Shown here piece by piece: positions 1-9,321 of a stretch of 64,000 nt of DNA. Location of the stretch: positions 3,200,001-3,264,000 of the forward strand of contig OY730476.1 in assembly GCA_963422735.1 (NCBI GenBank), in the 5' to 3' direction. The position numbers and the translations under genes were made by a program. Origin of the DNA: Candidatus Latescibacterota bacterium. GTDB taxonomy: Bacteria; Latescibacterota; UBA2968; UBA8231. The notes below the pieces were generated by a model that was given only the letters and a program-made list of their open reading frames with translations, was not told the origin of the DNA and searched no databases. The stretch's first letter is position 1. The number at the start of each line of letters is the position of its first letter.

Positions 1-1
1 C

Positions 2-1534
2 GCGCTTGTAGGTAGCAAAGCGGCGGGCAAAGCCAATGGTTAGCACCTCGGGGTCGAGCCGCGCTAGAGCCTGTTCAATTTTGGCCAGCGGCGCACCTTG
101 GCCCTGCATCTGCTGGCGCAGGTGATGGCGGGTTACGTCAATCAACCGCTTGCGTCGGTGCTGGTGCGTGTTCCACAACTCGCGGTCGGGGATGTGATAG
201 ACCGGGTCCCAATCGCGCTCGTCGGCCGATACAAAGTGCCAAGTGTCGCCGAGATGGCGGTCGAACAGCTCGGCCATTTCCAGCGAGATCCACGTGTGGA
301 GATGGACGCCATTGGTGACGTGGCCGATGGGGATTTCGCGCTCTGAAAAGTCGGGCCACAAGCCCCGCCACATGCGGCGGCTAACCGCGCCGTGCAGGCG
401 ACTGACGCCATTGGCCCGGCCCGAGAGCCTGAGTGCCAAGACCGTCATGCAGAAGTCGGCGTGGGGATCGCGGGGGTCAACCCGGCCCAAGCCGATAAAT
501 TCCTCGTGCGACAGGCCGAGCCACTCGCGGAAATAACCCAAGTGCGCCTCGACCAAGTGCGCGGGGAACCAGTCGTTGCCCGCCGCGACCGGGGTGTGTG
601 TAGTAAATACATGGCCCACGACGCTGGCCTCGCGGGCCATAGCAAACGAATAGCCGTGCTCGGCCATGAGCCGGCGAATCCGCTCTAGGGCCAAGAAGGC
701 CGAGTGCCCTTCGTTCATGTGGCAGACAGTGGGTTCGATGCCCACGGCTTGGAGGGCGCGCAGGCCGCCGATGCCGAGGAGGATCTCCTGCCGAATGCGC
801 ATGGCCGCGTCGCCGGCGTAGAGGCGGGCGGTAATATCGCGGTCCGCAGGGGCGTTTTCGTCGAGACTGGTATCGAGCAAATAGAGCCGCACCCGACCCA
901 CTTGCACCTGCCATATCCGCGCCTGTACCAAGCCGTGGGCAAAGGGAACCTCAATGGTCAGGTGTTCTCTGTCGCGGGTGAGGACCGGCTGTACGGGCAT
1001 CTGGTAGAAGTCGCTTTCCGGGTTGTGCTCTGTCTGCCAGCCATCGGCGTTGAGGGCTTGGTGGAAATAGCCCTCTCGGTAGAGCAAGCCGACTCCGACG
1101 AGGGGAATGCCTAGATCGCTGGCGGCTTTGAGATGGTCGCCGGCGAGTACGCCCAAGCCCCCGGAGTAGATGCGCAGGCTCTCGGTCAGACCGAACTCCG
1201 CCGAGAAGTACGCAACCTGTAGCTGGCTCTCGCCGTGCGTCTGGCCAAACCACGCCGGATGGGACAAATAGCCCTCGAATTGCTCGACGATGCGCTCGAT
1301 GCGGCCCCGCAGTTGCTCGTCGGCGATTAGGGCATCGAGCTGGTCCGGCCGCAGGGAAGCCCAAAAGCGCAGGGGATCGCGCTGGCTAGCGAGCCAAGTT
1401 TCCGGGTCAATCTGGTAAATGGTGCGGATGGTTTCCTTGCTCCAAGTCCACCAAAGGTTGTGCCCCAACTCCCATAGCGGTGTCAGTTGCTCGGGTAAGG
1501 ACGGGATAATATTGAGGCGATGTAGAGGTTTCAT
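2..1534 (-). CDS. glgP: Alpha-glucan (glycogen) phosphorylase, 3' end runs off the window
   Basis: Manual translation from ATG at 1534 gives MKPLHRLNIIPSLPEQLTPLWELGHNLWWTW, then AYFSAEFG, and TIGFARRFATYKR at the window edge. Absent from the ORF track because no stop lies in the window. Confidence 0.93.
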   Translation of the reverse strand, partial: MKPLHRLNIIPSLPEQLTPLWELGHNLWWTWSKETIRTIYQIDPETWLASQRDPLRFWASLRPDQLDALIADEQLRGRIERIVEQFEGYLSHPAWFGQTHGESQLQVAYFSAEFGLTESLRIYSGGLGVLAGDHLKAASDLGIPLVGVGLLYREGYFHQALNADGWQTEHNPESDFYQMPVQPVLTRDREHLTIEVPFAHGLVQARIWQVQVGRVRLYLLDTSLDENAPADRDITARLYAGDAAMRIRQEILLGIGGLRALQAVGIEPTVCHMNEGHSAFLALERIRRLMAEHGYSFAMAREASVVGHVFTTHTPVAAGNDWFPAHLVEAHLGYFREWLGLSHEEFIGLGRVDPRDPHADFCMTVLALRLSGRANGVSRLHGAVSRRMWRGLWPDFSEREIPIGHVTNGVHLHTWISLEMAELFDRHLGDTWHFVSADERDWDPVYHIPDRELWNTHQHRRKRLIDVTRHHLRQQMQGQGAPLAKIEQALARLDPEVLTIGFARRFATYKR

Positions 1535-1688
1535 TCTTAGTTTCTTAATTCGATTAGGTTGAAAGGACGCCCTAAGACAGCGGAGAAGGTGCGTTTTGTC
1601 AAGGTTAGCTTGAAGCCTTTAGGCTTTTAGCCCTCGGGCGAAGTGCATAGGAGTGCGAGGTCTTACTTCGCCCGAGCGCAAATCCTAT

Positions 1689-1712
1689 CTTTTAACACTC
1701 TTTTAACACTCT
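1689..1712. promoter_or_regulatory. Perfect 11-bp tandem repeat (CTTTTAACACT)x2, possible OmpR/PhoB-family operator
   Basis: Seen directly in the divergent glgP / TIM-barrel intergenic region. TTAACA cores at 11-bp period resemble Pho-box architecture. Confidence 0.4.
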
Positions 1713-1790
1713 GCCGTGGATCGGGATCAGCAAAAGCCCAAGCTAAGCCTTCAGGCTTGGCATCTACCAAGAACATTTCAGGAGCATGTT

Positions 1791-2801
1791 ATGAGCCATA
1801 CGCCCGAAGTAATCATCAGTGGTTTCGCCGACGAAGGGCCGGCTGACAAAAAGGCCGAAGCCCAGCTAACCATGCTCGCAACGCTGGGCATGTCGCACTA
1901 CAGCTTGCGCTTTGTGGACGTGGGACAAGGCGTAAAAAACGCGATGCACCTAACGCGGCCCGAGGTCGTGCGGCTGCGCCAATTGCACGGCGAATTTGGG
2001 ATTGCGGTGGCCTCAATCGGCTCGCCGATCGGCAAGGTCAAGCTGTGCGATGTGGAAGACGGCTCGGCCAACACCTATATCCCATTTGACCAGTACTTGC
2101 GACAGGACGTGCAGCGGGCTGTGGATTTGGCCGGCGAGTTCGAGACGCGGCTGATCCGCGGGTTCTCCTTTTACCATCCCCAGGGCGAGGACCCAGCCGG
2201 TTACGTGGAACCGGCGGCTGAGCGGCTGGCGAAAATCGCCGAGGTCTGCAGCCGGGGCGGGGCCATTTTCGGCCTAGAGGTCGAGGCCAACCTCGTCGGT
2301 CAGAACGGGCGGCTCCTGCAAAAGCTCTACGAGATGGTGGACCACCCCAACTTGTGCCTTATTTTCGACGGCGGCAACCTGTCGAGCCAAAATTTCACCT
2401 CGGTCGAAACCCTAGCCGAGTATCGTGCGATGCGCGAGGGGATTGGCTGGATGCACATCAAGGACTACAAGATCGACCCGGCCCTCCAATGGGAGGGCGT
2501 CGTGGACGAGGAGCGGCTCAAAAATTTTGTGCCCGCCGACCGCGGCGATTCCGGGCACGAGGCCATATTGCGCGACTTCCGCACCCGCATCCCGGCCCTA
2601 GAACGCGAGCTGAAGCAAAAGGGGGTCCCCGGCGTATTCCTCGACCTAGAGCCGCACCTAAAGGGCGGCGGACAGTTTGGCGGCTTCAGCGGCGTCGATG
2701 GGTTCGGGGTTGCGCTGCGGGCCCTGCTCAACCTGCTCGACTACGTGGGCATCGGCTACGCATTGACGGACTACGAGGCCATCGCCCGGCAGCCGGACTA
2801 G
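1791..2801 (+). CDS. Sugar phosphate isomerase/epimerase (xylose isomerase-like TIM barrel)
   Basis: ISGFADE N-terminus, IGSPIGK, IRGFSFY, FDGGN, HIKD and LEPHL motifs. ATG 1791 follows GGAG. Confidence 0.85.
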   Translation: MSHTPEVIISGFADEGPADKKAEAQLTMLATLGMSHYSLRFVDVGQGVKNAMHLTRPEVVRLRQLHGEFGIAVASIGSPIGKVKLCDVEDGSANTYIPFDQYLRQDVQRAVDLAGEFETRLIRGFSFYHPQGEDPAGYVEPAAERLAKIAEVCSRGGAIFGLEVEANLVGQNGRLLQKLYEMVDHPNLCLIFDGGNLSSQNFTSVETLAEYRAMREGIGWMHIKDYKIDPALQWEGVVDEERLKNFVPADRGDSGHEAILRDFRTRIPALERELKQKGVPGVFLDLEPHLKGGGQFGGFSGVDGFGVALRALLNLLDYVGIGYALTDYEAIARQPD

Positions 2802-4027
2802 CATCCTTGCGCCACCAGCTCCTCGTGCCGCTTTTGGAAGGCCGCGCTGTTGTCGTCCTCAATCACTTTCAAATCGACACCTTGCTCAAAGCCTGGGATG
2901 TTGCCGGCGTAGAAAGCCCGCTGATAGCGGTCTTCAGCGGTAAATTCCCACTCCCGCGCTTTGCTGCCACCCGGCCAGTACACGCAGAGAATGCGCTTTT
3001 GGGCTAAGTAGCGGTGCTTGGGCGTAGGCTCTTCAGGATCCACTCGGTAGGTTGCAATCGCCTCTTCATCTACGGAGACGCCCAAGCCGGGCGCGTCTGG
3101 AACCGGCATATAGCCATCGCGGACCTCAATAGGCTCTTGCAGCAGGTCGTCCTCCCACAGCTCGTGGCAGGTGATATAGGGCAGTTGGGCGTGCGAGAGC
3201 ACCGCGCCGAGGTGCGCCGCATAAGCGGTGGTGAGGCCAGCGCCGACGAGCTGGAGCCAAAAGGGCTTGTTGTGGGCGGCCGCGAGGGTTGCCGACCGCC
3301 GGGTCTCGGTCGCGCCGCTGCCGATGACGAAACCATCGCAGCAGTTGTTGCGCAGATATTGGTCTTGGTAGTGCTCGACAATGGGTTTGCGCACCCGCTC
3401 GCGCAAAATTCGCGCCCCATCTACGTCCGAGTGCAGGTAAAACGGGCTTTCGTACATACCGACATTGGGGTTTTCGTCGAGTTTTTGCAGGATGATTTCG
3501 GCCTTGGCTTGGTTGAGCAAGAAGCCGTTGAAGTCAACGTCGAATTTGTAGTCGGCCGGGACGACCTCGGCGACCGCATCGGTTTGGGCGATGATGTCGC
3601 GCCAAGGGCGGGCTTTCATCTTAAAGGTGGTGTACCCGCGCTTTAGCGATTCCTCGGCCTCGGCGACCCAGTCTTGGGGCGGCATATCTATATCCCACCA
3701 AGATATGGGGCAGCGGTCGCGGAGCTTGACGCCGAGCAGCGCGTGTACGGGCACGCCGTTGTCTTGACCCACTAGGTCGAGGCAGGCAACTTGAGGACCA
3801 AAGCCAATATCATCGCGGTTTATCAGGCTGGCTGGGTTTTGCCCAACGAGGCCATCGATGGCTGGCTGGCCGTGGCTGTCGGCCCAGCCCACGAGGCCGT
3901 TGTCCGTCTCTAAGCGCACGACCCACACGCGCTCGTCGTGGGTAGAAGCACGTTGCATGGCGCGGGTGACGTGTTCGGCGTAGAAGGGGATGTTGAGGGC
4001 AATGGATTCAGCGTGGGTGATCTTCAT
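2798..4027 (-). CDS. Mandelate racemase/muconate lactonizing enzyme (enolase superfamily)
   Basis: KMKARP (KxK), DVDFNG, YESP, and VPDAPGLGVSVD C-terminal motif. Confidence 0.85.
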   Translation of the reverse strand: MKITHAESIALNIPFYAEHVTRAMQRASTHDERVWVVRLETDNGLVGWADSHGQPAIDGLVGQNPASLINRDDIGFGPQVACLDLVGQDNGVPVHALLGVKLRDRCPISWWDIDMPPQDWVAEAEESLKRGYTTFKMKARPWRDIIAQTDAVAEVVPADYKFDVDFNGFLLNQAKAEIILQKLDENPNVGMYESPFYLHSDVDGARILRERVRKPIVEHYQDQYLRNNCCDGFVIGSGATETRRSATLAAAHNKPFWLQLVGAGLTTAYAAHLGAVLSHAQLPYITCHELWEDDLLQEPIEVRDGYMPVPDAPGLGVSVDEEAIATYRVDPEEPTPKHRYLAQKRILCVYWPGGSKAREWEFTAEDRYQRAFYAGNIPGFEQGVDLKVIEDDNSAAFQKRHEELVAQGC

Positions 4028-4103
4028 GGGGCCTCCGCGGATGATGGGTCACAGGCGAATGGACAGAAGACACGCAAAAACTCGCATGTGAGCAACCGTT
4101 AAT

Positions 4104-4230
4104 TTAGTGGTTAGTGATCCGCGACCAGAACCCTCTTTGGGAGTGGCGGCGGGAAACTGATCACTAGCCACTGATCACTAGCCACTGATCACTAGCCACT
4201 GATCACTAACCACTGATCACTAACCACTAA
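4104..4230. repeat. Five tandem 14-mers ACTGATCACTA(G/A)CC (4156-4225) with an upstream inverted copy (4104-4119)
   Basis: Seen directly. TTAGTGGTTAGTGATC is the reverse complement of GATCACTAACCACTAA at 4215-4230. Confidence 0.95.
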
Positions 4231-4244
4231 TAAAAGGCAACGCC

Positions 4245-5744
4245 ATGAGCAGGATGTGTGAAACCTTTGTAGAACGCCTCCACGAACTGGCCGACATAAA
4301 CCACGCGCAGGGGCTGATGAGCTGGGACCAAGAGACCTATATGCCGCCACGGGGCGCAGCCATGCGGGCCAGATCGCTGGGGACCTTGGCCGGTCTGTAT
4401 CACGAGCGGCTCACCGCACCAGAGTTGGTCGCGCTCGTAGCAAACCTCAAAGACGCCGAGCTAACAGGCGACGCGGCCGTCAATGTCCGCGAAATTGACC
4501 GCCAGCAGAGCCGGTCGCTCAAGCTCCCCAAGGAGCTAGTCGTCGAGCTGAGCCAGACCGAGTCCTTGGGGCACGAGGCTTGGGTCGAGGCGCGAAAAAA
4601 ATCGGACTTCGCGCTCTTCCAGCCTTGGCTGGAGAAAATAGTTGCGCTCAAAAAGGAGGTGGCCGAGCGAATCGGGTACGAAGGCGCGATGTACAACGCG
4701 CTACTCGACGAGTACGAGCCTTATGCACGGGCCGAGGAGATCGCCCCAGTTTTTGACCAACTCAAAGCGCAGCTCGTGCCGCTAGTCGAACAGATCGCCG
4801 CCACCGGACAGTACCCGGCGCGGAGTGTACTCGACCAAGAATACCCCATCGAGCAACAGGAGCTTTTGGGACGGCAGGTGTTAGCGGACATGGGCTTCGA
4901 CATGCAGGCCGGGCGGCTCGACTTGGCAGTGCATCCGTTTTGCTCGGGCACATCCCGCAACGATGTGCGGCTGACGACGCGCTACAGTGCCGACTGGCTG
5001 CCCGGCGCGCTCTTTGGCACCATCCACGAGGGCGGGCACGGGCTGTACGAACAGGGCTTGCCCGCCGACGCCAGCGGCACCCCGGCCGGCGAGAGTGTCT
5101 CGCTGGGGATACACGAGTCGCAATCGCGGCTGTGGGAGAACATGGTCGGCCGCAGCAAAGCCTTTTGGATGCATTACCTGCCCAAGCTACGAGCGCTTTT
5201 TCCCCAGCAGCTCAGCGCGGTTGATCTAGACGCCTTTTACGCAGCGGTCAATCAAGTCGAGCCTTCGCTGATCCGGGTCGAGGCCGACGAGGTGACGTAC
5301 AACCTCCACATCTTGCTGCGTTTTGAACTGGAGTGCGACCTAATTGAGGGGCGGGTTGCGGTGGCTGAGTTACCCGCGGCGTGGAACGAGCGGATGGAGC
5401 AATACTTGGGCATCCGCCCCCCCGACGACGCCCGTGGTGTGCTCCAAGACACGCACTGGTCCTGCGGCCTGCTGGGCTATTTCCCGACCTACGCGCTGGG
5501 CAACCTGTACGCGGCCCAGTTTTTTCACCAAGCCCACCAGGACTTGCCCGACCTCGAAGCACAGATCGCGCAGGGCGTGCTCGGACCGCTTAAAACTTGG
5601 CTCAACGAAAAAATCCACGTCCGGGGCGCACGGGCAACGGCCAGCGAATTAGTCGAGGAGGTGACGGGCGCGAAGCTGAATGCCGATTACTTCATCGCCT
5701 ATTTGCAGGAGAAATTCGGGGCGCTATACGGCCTCAACCGATGA
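4245..5744 (+). CDS. Carboxypeptidase, M32 (Taq) family
   Basis: HPF, DVRLTTRY, HEGGH, HESQSRLWEN, IRVEADE and GYFPTYALG motifs. Confidence 0.95.
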   Translation: MSRMCETFVERLHELADINHAQGLMSWDQETYMPPRGAAMRARSLGTLAGLYHERLTAPELVALVANLKDAELTGDAAVNVREIDRQQSRSLKLPKELVVELSQTESLGHEAWVEARKKSDFALFQPWLEKIVALKKEVAERIGYEGAMYNALLDEYEPYARAEEIAPVFDQLKAQLVPLVEQIAATGQYPARSVLDQEYPIEQQELLGRQVLADMGFDMQAGRLDLAVHPFCSGTSRNDVRLTTRYSADWLPGALFGTIHEGGHGLYEQGLPADASGTPAGESVSLGIHESQSRLWENMVGRSKAFWMHYLPKLRALFPQQLSAVDLDAFYAAVNQVEPSLIRVEADEVTYNLHILLRFELECDLIEGRVAVAELPAAWNERMEQYLGIRPPDDARGVLQDTHWSCGLLGYFPTYALGNLYAAQFFHQAHQDLPDLEAQIAQGVLGPLKTWLNEKIHVRGARATASELVEEVTGAKLNADYFIAYLQEKFGALYGLNR

Positions 5745-6756
5745 CCTGTTGTAGGAGGCGGAGCTGGTTCGCGCCGAGGATCTTGCGGACATCGGCTTCG
5801 GCATAGCCGCGGGCGGCCAGCCCCACCGCAATGTCTGGGAGGCAGGTCGCGTCTTCCAAGAGCAAGCCGCCTCCGTCAAAATCCGACCCCAAGCCAACGT
5901 GGTTGATACCGGCGATGGAAACTGCGTGTTCAATGTGGTCGAGCAGGCCGCCGAAGGTGGGATTGTGCGCGTCGATAAAGTCCGGGACAAAGGTGATGCT
6001 CACGACTCCGCCCTTTTCGGCGAGCGCGCGCAGTTGATCGTCGCGGAGGTTGCGCGGGTGGTCGCAGAGGGCGCGGCAGCAGCTATGGGTGGCCATAAAG
6101 GGAGCTTGGGCCGCTCGGGCCACGTCCCAAAAGCCCAGCTCGTTGAGATGGGATACATCGACGACCACGCCCAGCTCGTTCATTTGCGCTAGTGCTTGGC
6201 GGCCAAAGCCGGTCAGACCTCCTCCTCCCGTGACCTCGCAGCCGTCTCCAGCCCAAGAGCGGGTGCTGTGGGTGAGGGTCATGGCTCGGACGCCCAGCCG
6301 GTACAGCAGCGGCAGGACGTGGGGGCTTCTCTCCAGCGCATCGCTGTTTTCCACCGCCACTATGGCCGCTAGTCGGCCCTCGGCGCGAGCGCGCTCAATG
6401 TCAGCCGCGCAGCGCGCCACGGCAATGCCCTCGCTGTGCTGTTCCACTTCTTGCAAAAAATAGCCCAAGGCGTCCATGCAGTAGAGCAAGTGATTGCCCC
6501 AAGGGCGAGTGCAATCAACGGCAAAAAACGCCGCGTCCAGTCCGCCCTCGTGCGCCTTGGGCAAGTCGAGTTGAACGCCGTCGCCCAGCGGCTGGTACTG
6601 GCGCAAATAAGCGACCGCCCCCTCGCGCTGGTGGAAGTCAACGCGCTGGGTGCCGTCTATGGACATGCCCCGGCGGATCCAGGCGACGATGCTGTCGTTG
6701 TGAGCATCGATGACCAAGGAGTCTTGGTGTAGGCGATGGGCGGTCTGTTCGTCCAT
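5734..6756 (-). CDS. Membrane dipeptidase, M19 family
   Basis: DAHND, VDVSH, ATHS, HPRNL and GLGSDFDG motifs. True start is MDEQTA at 6756; the ORF-track 5' extension overlaps the next gene. Confidence 0.92.
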   Translation of the reverse strand: MDEQTAHRLHQDSLVIDAHNDSIVAWIRRGMSIDGTQRVDFHQREGAVAYLRQYQPLGDGVQLDLPKAHEGGLDAAFFAVDCTRPWGNHLLYCMDALGYFLQEVEQHSEGIAVARCAADIERARAEGRLAAIVAVENSDALERSPHVLPLLYRLGVRAMTLTHSTRSWAGDGCEVTGGGGLTGFGRQALAQMNELGVVVDVSHLNELGFWDVARAAQAPFMATHSCCRALCDHPRNLRDDQLRALAEKGGVVSITFVPDFIDAHNPTFGGLLDHIEHAVSIAGINHVGLGSDFDGGGLLLEDATCLPDIAVGLAARGYAEADVRKILGANQLRLLQQVIG

Positions 6757-6779
6757 TGCTTTATCCAGCGTCCCACCCT

Positions 6780-7772
6780 CTATTCGGCGGCCATGTACTC
6801 GTCGAAGTCGATTACATGGCCTTGCTCTGACGAAGTGCCCAAGGCATTGATTAAACCCACAGTGCCCAAGTTTTGGAGGCCGGAGAAGGGCGGCTCCACG
6901 CCGTCGAGCACGTAGTCGCGGAAGCCGTCTAAGAGAACTTGCTCGGGATGGGGATTTTCGTCCATGGGTATGATCTCGTCTGCATCGGCTCCGGGCCGCC
7001 GGATCGCCAAGCCGCCGGAGACTTCTTCGACCGTGCCCTTCTCGCAGTCCAGCCGCCAGCTTGAGCCGCCTTTGTGAGTGGCGAAGGTACACTGGAAGTT
7101 GAACGTGGTGCCATTGTGGAACTCGATCCAGCCGTCGATGGCCGCGCCGCCACGGTACGGGCTCCAAGGCGGATTGAAGCTGTGGCAGAACAGCCGTCGC
7201 GGCTCGGCACTGAGCAGGTGCCGCAATTGGTCGAAGTCGTGGATGCCGCGCTCCCACAAGTAGGCATGTCGGTCCGCGCCCGAATGGTGAACCCGCGGGC
7301 GCCAGCCGTATTTGGTCATCAGGCCAAAGGAAGGCTGGCCCAATTCGCCGCTTTGGAGCAGGCGGCGGATGGTGAGGACCGGCGGGGAGTAGCGAGCGTT
7401 TTGGGTGACGGCGACCTTGAGGTTGCGCTCGGTTGCCTCGGCGACGATTTGCCGCGCTTGGCCGAGAGCTTTGGTGAAGGGCTTTTCGACTAGCAAGTGC
7501 TTGCCAGCGCGGACCGCCTCCAAGCACTGGCCGGCGTGCAGGTCGGGCGGCGTAATGACCACCACGGCGTCGGCATCAACGGCTTGCAGGGCGTCGGCGA
7601 GCGTAGAAAAACACGCCTCTTCGCCTAGGCCGGTAGTCTCCCGCGCCACCGCGAGGTTCTCCGCGCTAACATCGACTAAAGCGACGGCTTCGAAGTCGGT
7701 GCGGTCGCGGAAGCGGTTCAAGGGCCAGCGGCCGCGGCCACCGGCTCCTAGGTGGATCGTGCGAATCGTCAT
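6780..7772 (-). CDS. Gfo/Idh/MocA family oxidoreductase
   Basis: GAGGRG Rossmann motif, ITPPDLH, EKP and IHDFD motifs. ATGA overlap with the pepA stop. Confidence 0.9.
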   Translation of the reverse strand: MTIRTIHLGAGGRGRWPLNRFRDRTDFEAVALVDVSAENLAVARETTGLGEEACFSTLADALQAVDADAVVVITPPDLHAGQCLEAVRAGKHLLVEKPFTKALGQARQIVAEATERNLKVAVTQNARYSPPVLTIRRLLQSGELGQPSFGLMTKYGWRPRVHHSGADRHAYLWERGIHDFDQLRHLLSAEPRRLFCHSFNPPWSPYRGGAAIDGWIEFHNGTTFNFQCTFATHKGGSSWRLDCEKGTVEEVSGGLAIRRPGADADEIIPMDENPHPEQVLLDGFRDYVLDGVEPPFSGLQNLGTVGLINALGTSSEQGHVIDFDEYMAAE

Positions 7773-9259
7773 GATGATGGGCTCCAATCGAGGGCAAGTT
7801 GAGTCAACAAGCGCACGCCAATGCCGACGCCGCCCTGCGGCACGTAGGGTTTGGCCTTTGCACACCAAGCGGTGCCGGCGATGTCGAGATGCGCCCAAGA
7901 GTAGCAGGCGAACTCGGCCAAAAGAGCCGCGGCCGTACTGGCACCCGCTGGCCGACCGCCTGAGTTTTTCATGTCGGCGATGTCGCTGTCGATCTGGTCG
8001 CGATACTCGGGCCACAGCGGCAGACGCCAGAGCCGCTCGCCAGTCTGCTCTCCGGCGGCGAGCAGCCGGCTGGCCAAGTCATCGTCGTTGGCAAACAGAC
8101 CCGAAGCGTGGTGTCCCAGCGCGGTTACGCAAGCGCCGGTGAGGGTGGCCAGATCGACGACCGCGGCCGGCTCGTAGCGAGTGGCGTAGGCGAGTGCATC
8201 GGCCAAGACTAGGCGACCTTCGGCGTCCGTACTGATGATCTCAATGGTCTTACCCGCGAGGGTACGCAGCACATCGTCGGGGCGGAAGGCGGTGCTGGAG
8301 GGCATGTTCTCGGCAGCGGCGATCAGGCCGACGACCCGCCGCTTGAGGCCGAGCGCGGCCACCGCCTGCATAGCGCCCAAAACCGCAGCAGCACCGGACA
8401 TGTCGGTCTTCATCGTGCGGATGCCCTCGACGGTCTTAAGCGAGAGGCCGCCGCTATCGAAGGTGATGCCCTTGCCGACAAACACCAGCGGATCACCTTC
8501 GCGGGGGCCGTGTTCAAGGACGATGAAACGCGGCTTATTGGCACTTCCTTGGCCAACGGCTAACAGGGCGTCCATGCCTAGCTGGGCCAAGCTCTTTACT
8601 CCGAAGACCCGGCAGCGCAGGTCATGGGTTTTGGTCAGGCGGCGGGCCGTGCGGGCTAAGTAGGCCGGTGTAACTTCGCTGCCGGGGTGGTTGACCAAGT
8701 CGCGGGCGAGGCAGGTGGCCTCGGCGAGGGCGCGTCCTCGCCGAACTCCGCGCCGTGCCTCTTTGAGCTTAGTCGAGTCGAATTCTACGATGTGCAGCTT
8801 GGCCAATGGCTGCGGGCGGGGGCGCGAGCGGTACTCGTCAAAGCGATAGGCCGCCAACAGCGAGGCCTCGGCCACAGCTTGGGCGGCCGGCTCGACGGGT
8901 AGGTTACCCGCCCCCGTGCCGTGCAGGATGGTGGCCGCGCTCTTGGCACCCAAGTGGCCGAGGGTGCCAATGGCCGTGCCAGCGGCGCGACGAGCTCCTT
9001 CGAGGTCAAAGCCTTCTTGCTCGCCCAAGCCGACGACGAGGACGCGCGGTGCTGAGATCTGGCCATGCGCGTATAGCAGCAAGGTCTGCCCGGCCTTGCC
9101 CTCGAAATCGCCTAGGTCAATCGCCGCCGAGATTTGGCCGCCTAGGGCTTGGTCAACCGCGCCCGTAGCCCCGCCAAGGTGTGCGCCGGCAAAGAGATTG
9201 ACCACGAGGACGTCCGCGTCCTGTTTTTGAATGGCTCCCTGTATTACCTTAATATCCAT
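7769..9259 (-). CDS. pepA: Leucyl aminopeptidase, M17 family
   Basis: VGKGITFDSGG, MKTDMSGAA, STDAEGRLVLAD, DLATLTGA and WAHLDIAG motifs. Confidence 0.95.
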   Translation of the reverse strand: MDIKVIQGAIQKQDADVLVVNLFAGAHLGGATGAVDQALGGQISAAIDLGDFEGKAGQTLLLYAHGQISAPRVLVVGLGEQEGFDLEGARRAAGTAIGTLGHLGAKSAATILHGTGAGNLPVEPAAQAVAEASLLAAYRFDEYRSRPRPQPLAKLHIVEFDSTKLKEARRGVRRGRALAEATCLARDLVNHPGSEVTPAYLARTARRLTKTHDLRCRVFGVKSLAQLGMDALLAVGQGSANKPRFIVLEHGPREGDPLVFVGKGITFDSGGLSLKTVEGIRTMKTDMSGAAAVLGAMQAVAALGLKRRVVGLIAAAENMPSSTAFRPDDVLRTLAGKTIEIISTDAEGRLVLADALAYATRYEPAAVVDLATLTGACVTALGHHASGLFANDDDLASRLLAAGEQTGERLWRLPLWPEYRDQIDSDIADMKNSGGRPAGASTAAALLAEFACYSWAHLDIAGTAWCAKAKPYVPQGGVGIGVRLLTQLALDWSPSS

Positions 9260-9264
9260 AACAT

Positions 9265-9303
9265 TTAGTGGTGCAAAGTGAGTAGTCACTAACCACTAAC
9301 CAC
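9265..9303. repeat. Short copy of the CACTAAC heptamer element (TTAGTGG ... CACTAACCACTAACCAC)
   Basis: Same heptamer and same inverted arrangement as at 4104-4230, again between divergent genes. Confidence 0.7.
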
Positions 9304-9321
9304 ATTACTGTCAAGAATGCC

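Noticed and set aside
4156-4230. Possible CRISPR or iteron array
   Set aside because: Pure 14-bp tandem repeat with no spacers and no rep gene nearby.
6757-7527. Long N-terminal extension of the 597-aa dipeptidase ORF, suggesting a fusion
   Set aside because: It is an off-frame read through the Gfo/Idh/MocA gene. Dipeptidase similarity starts at MDEQTA (6756).
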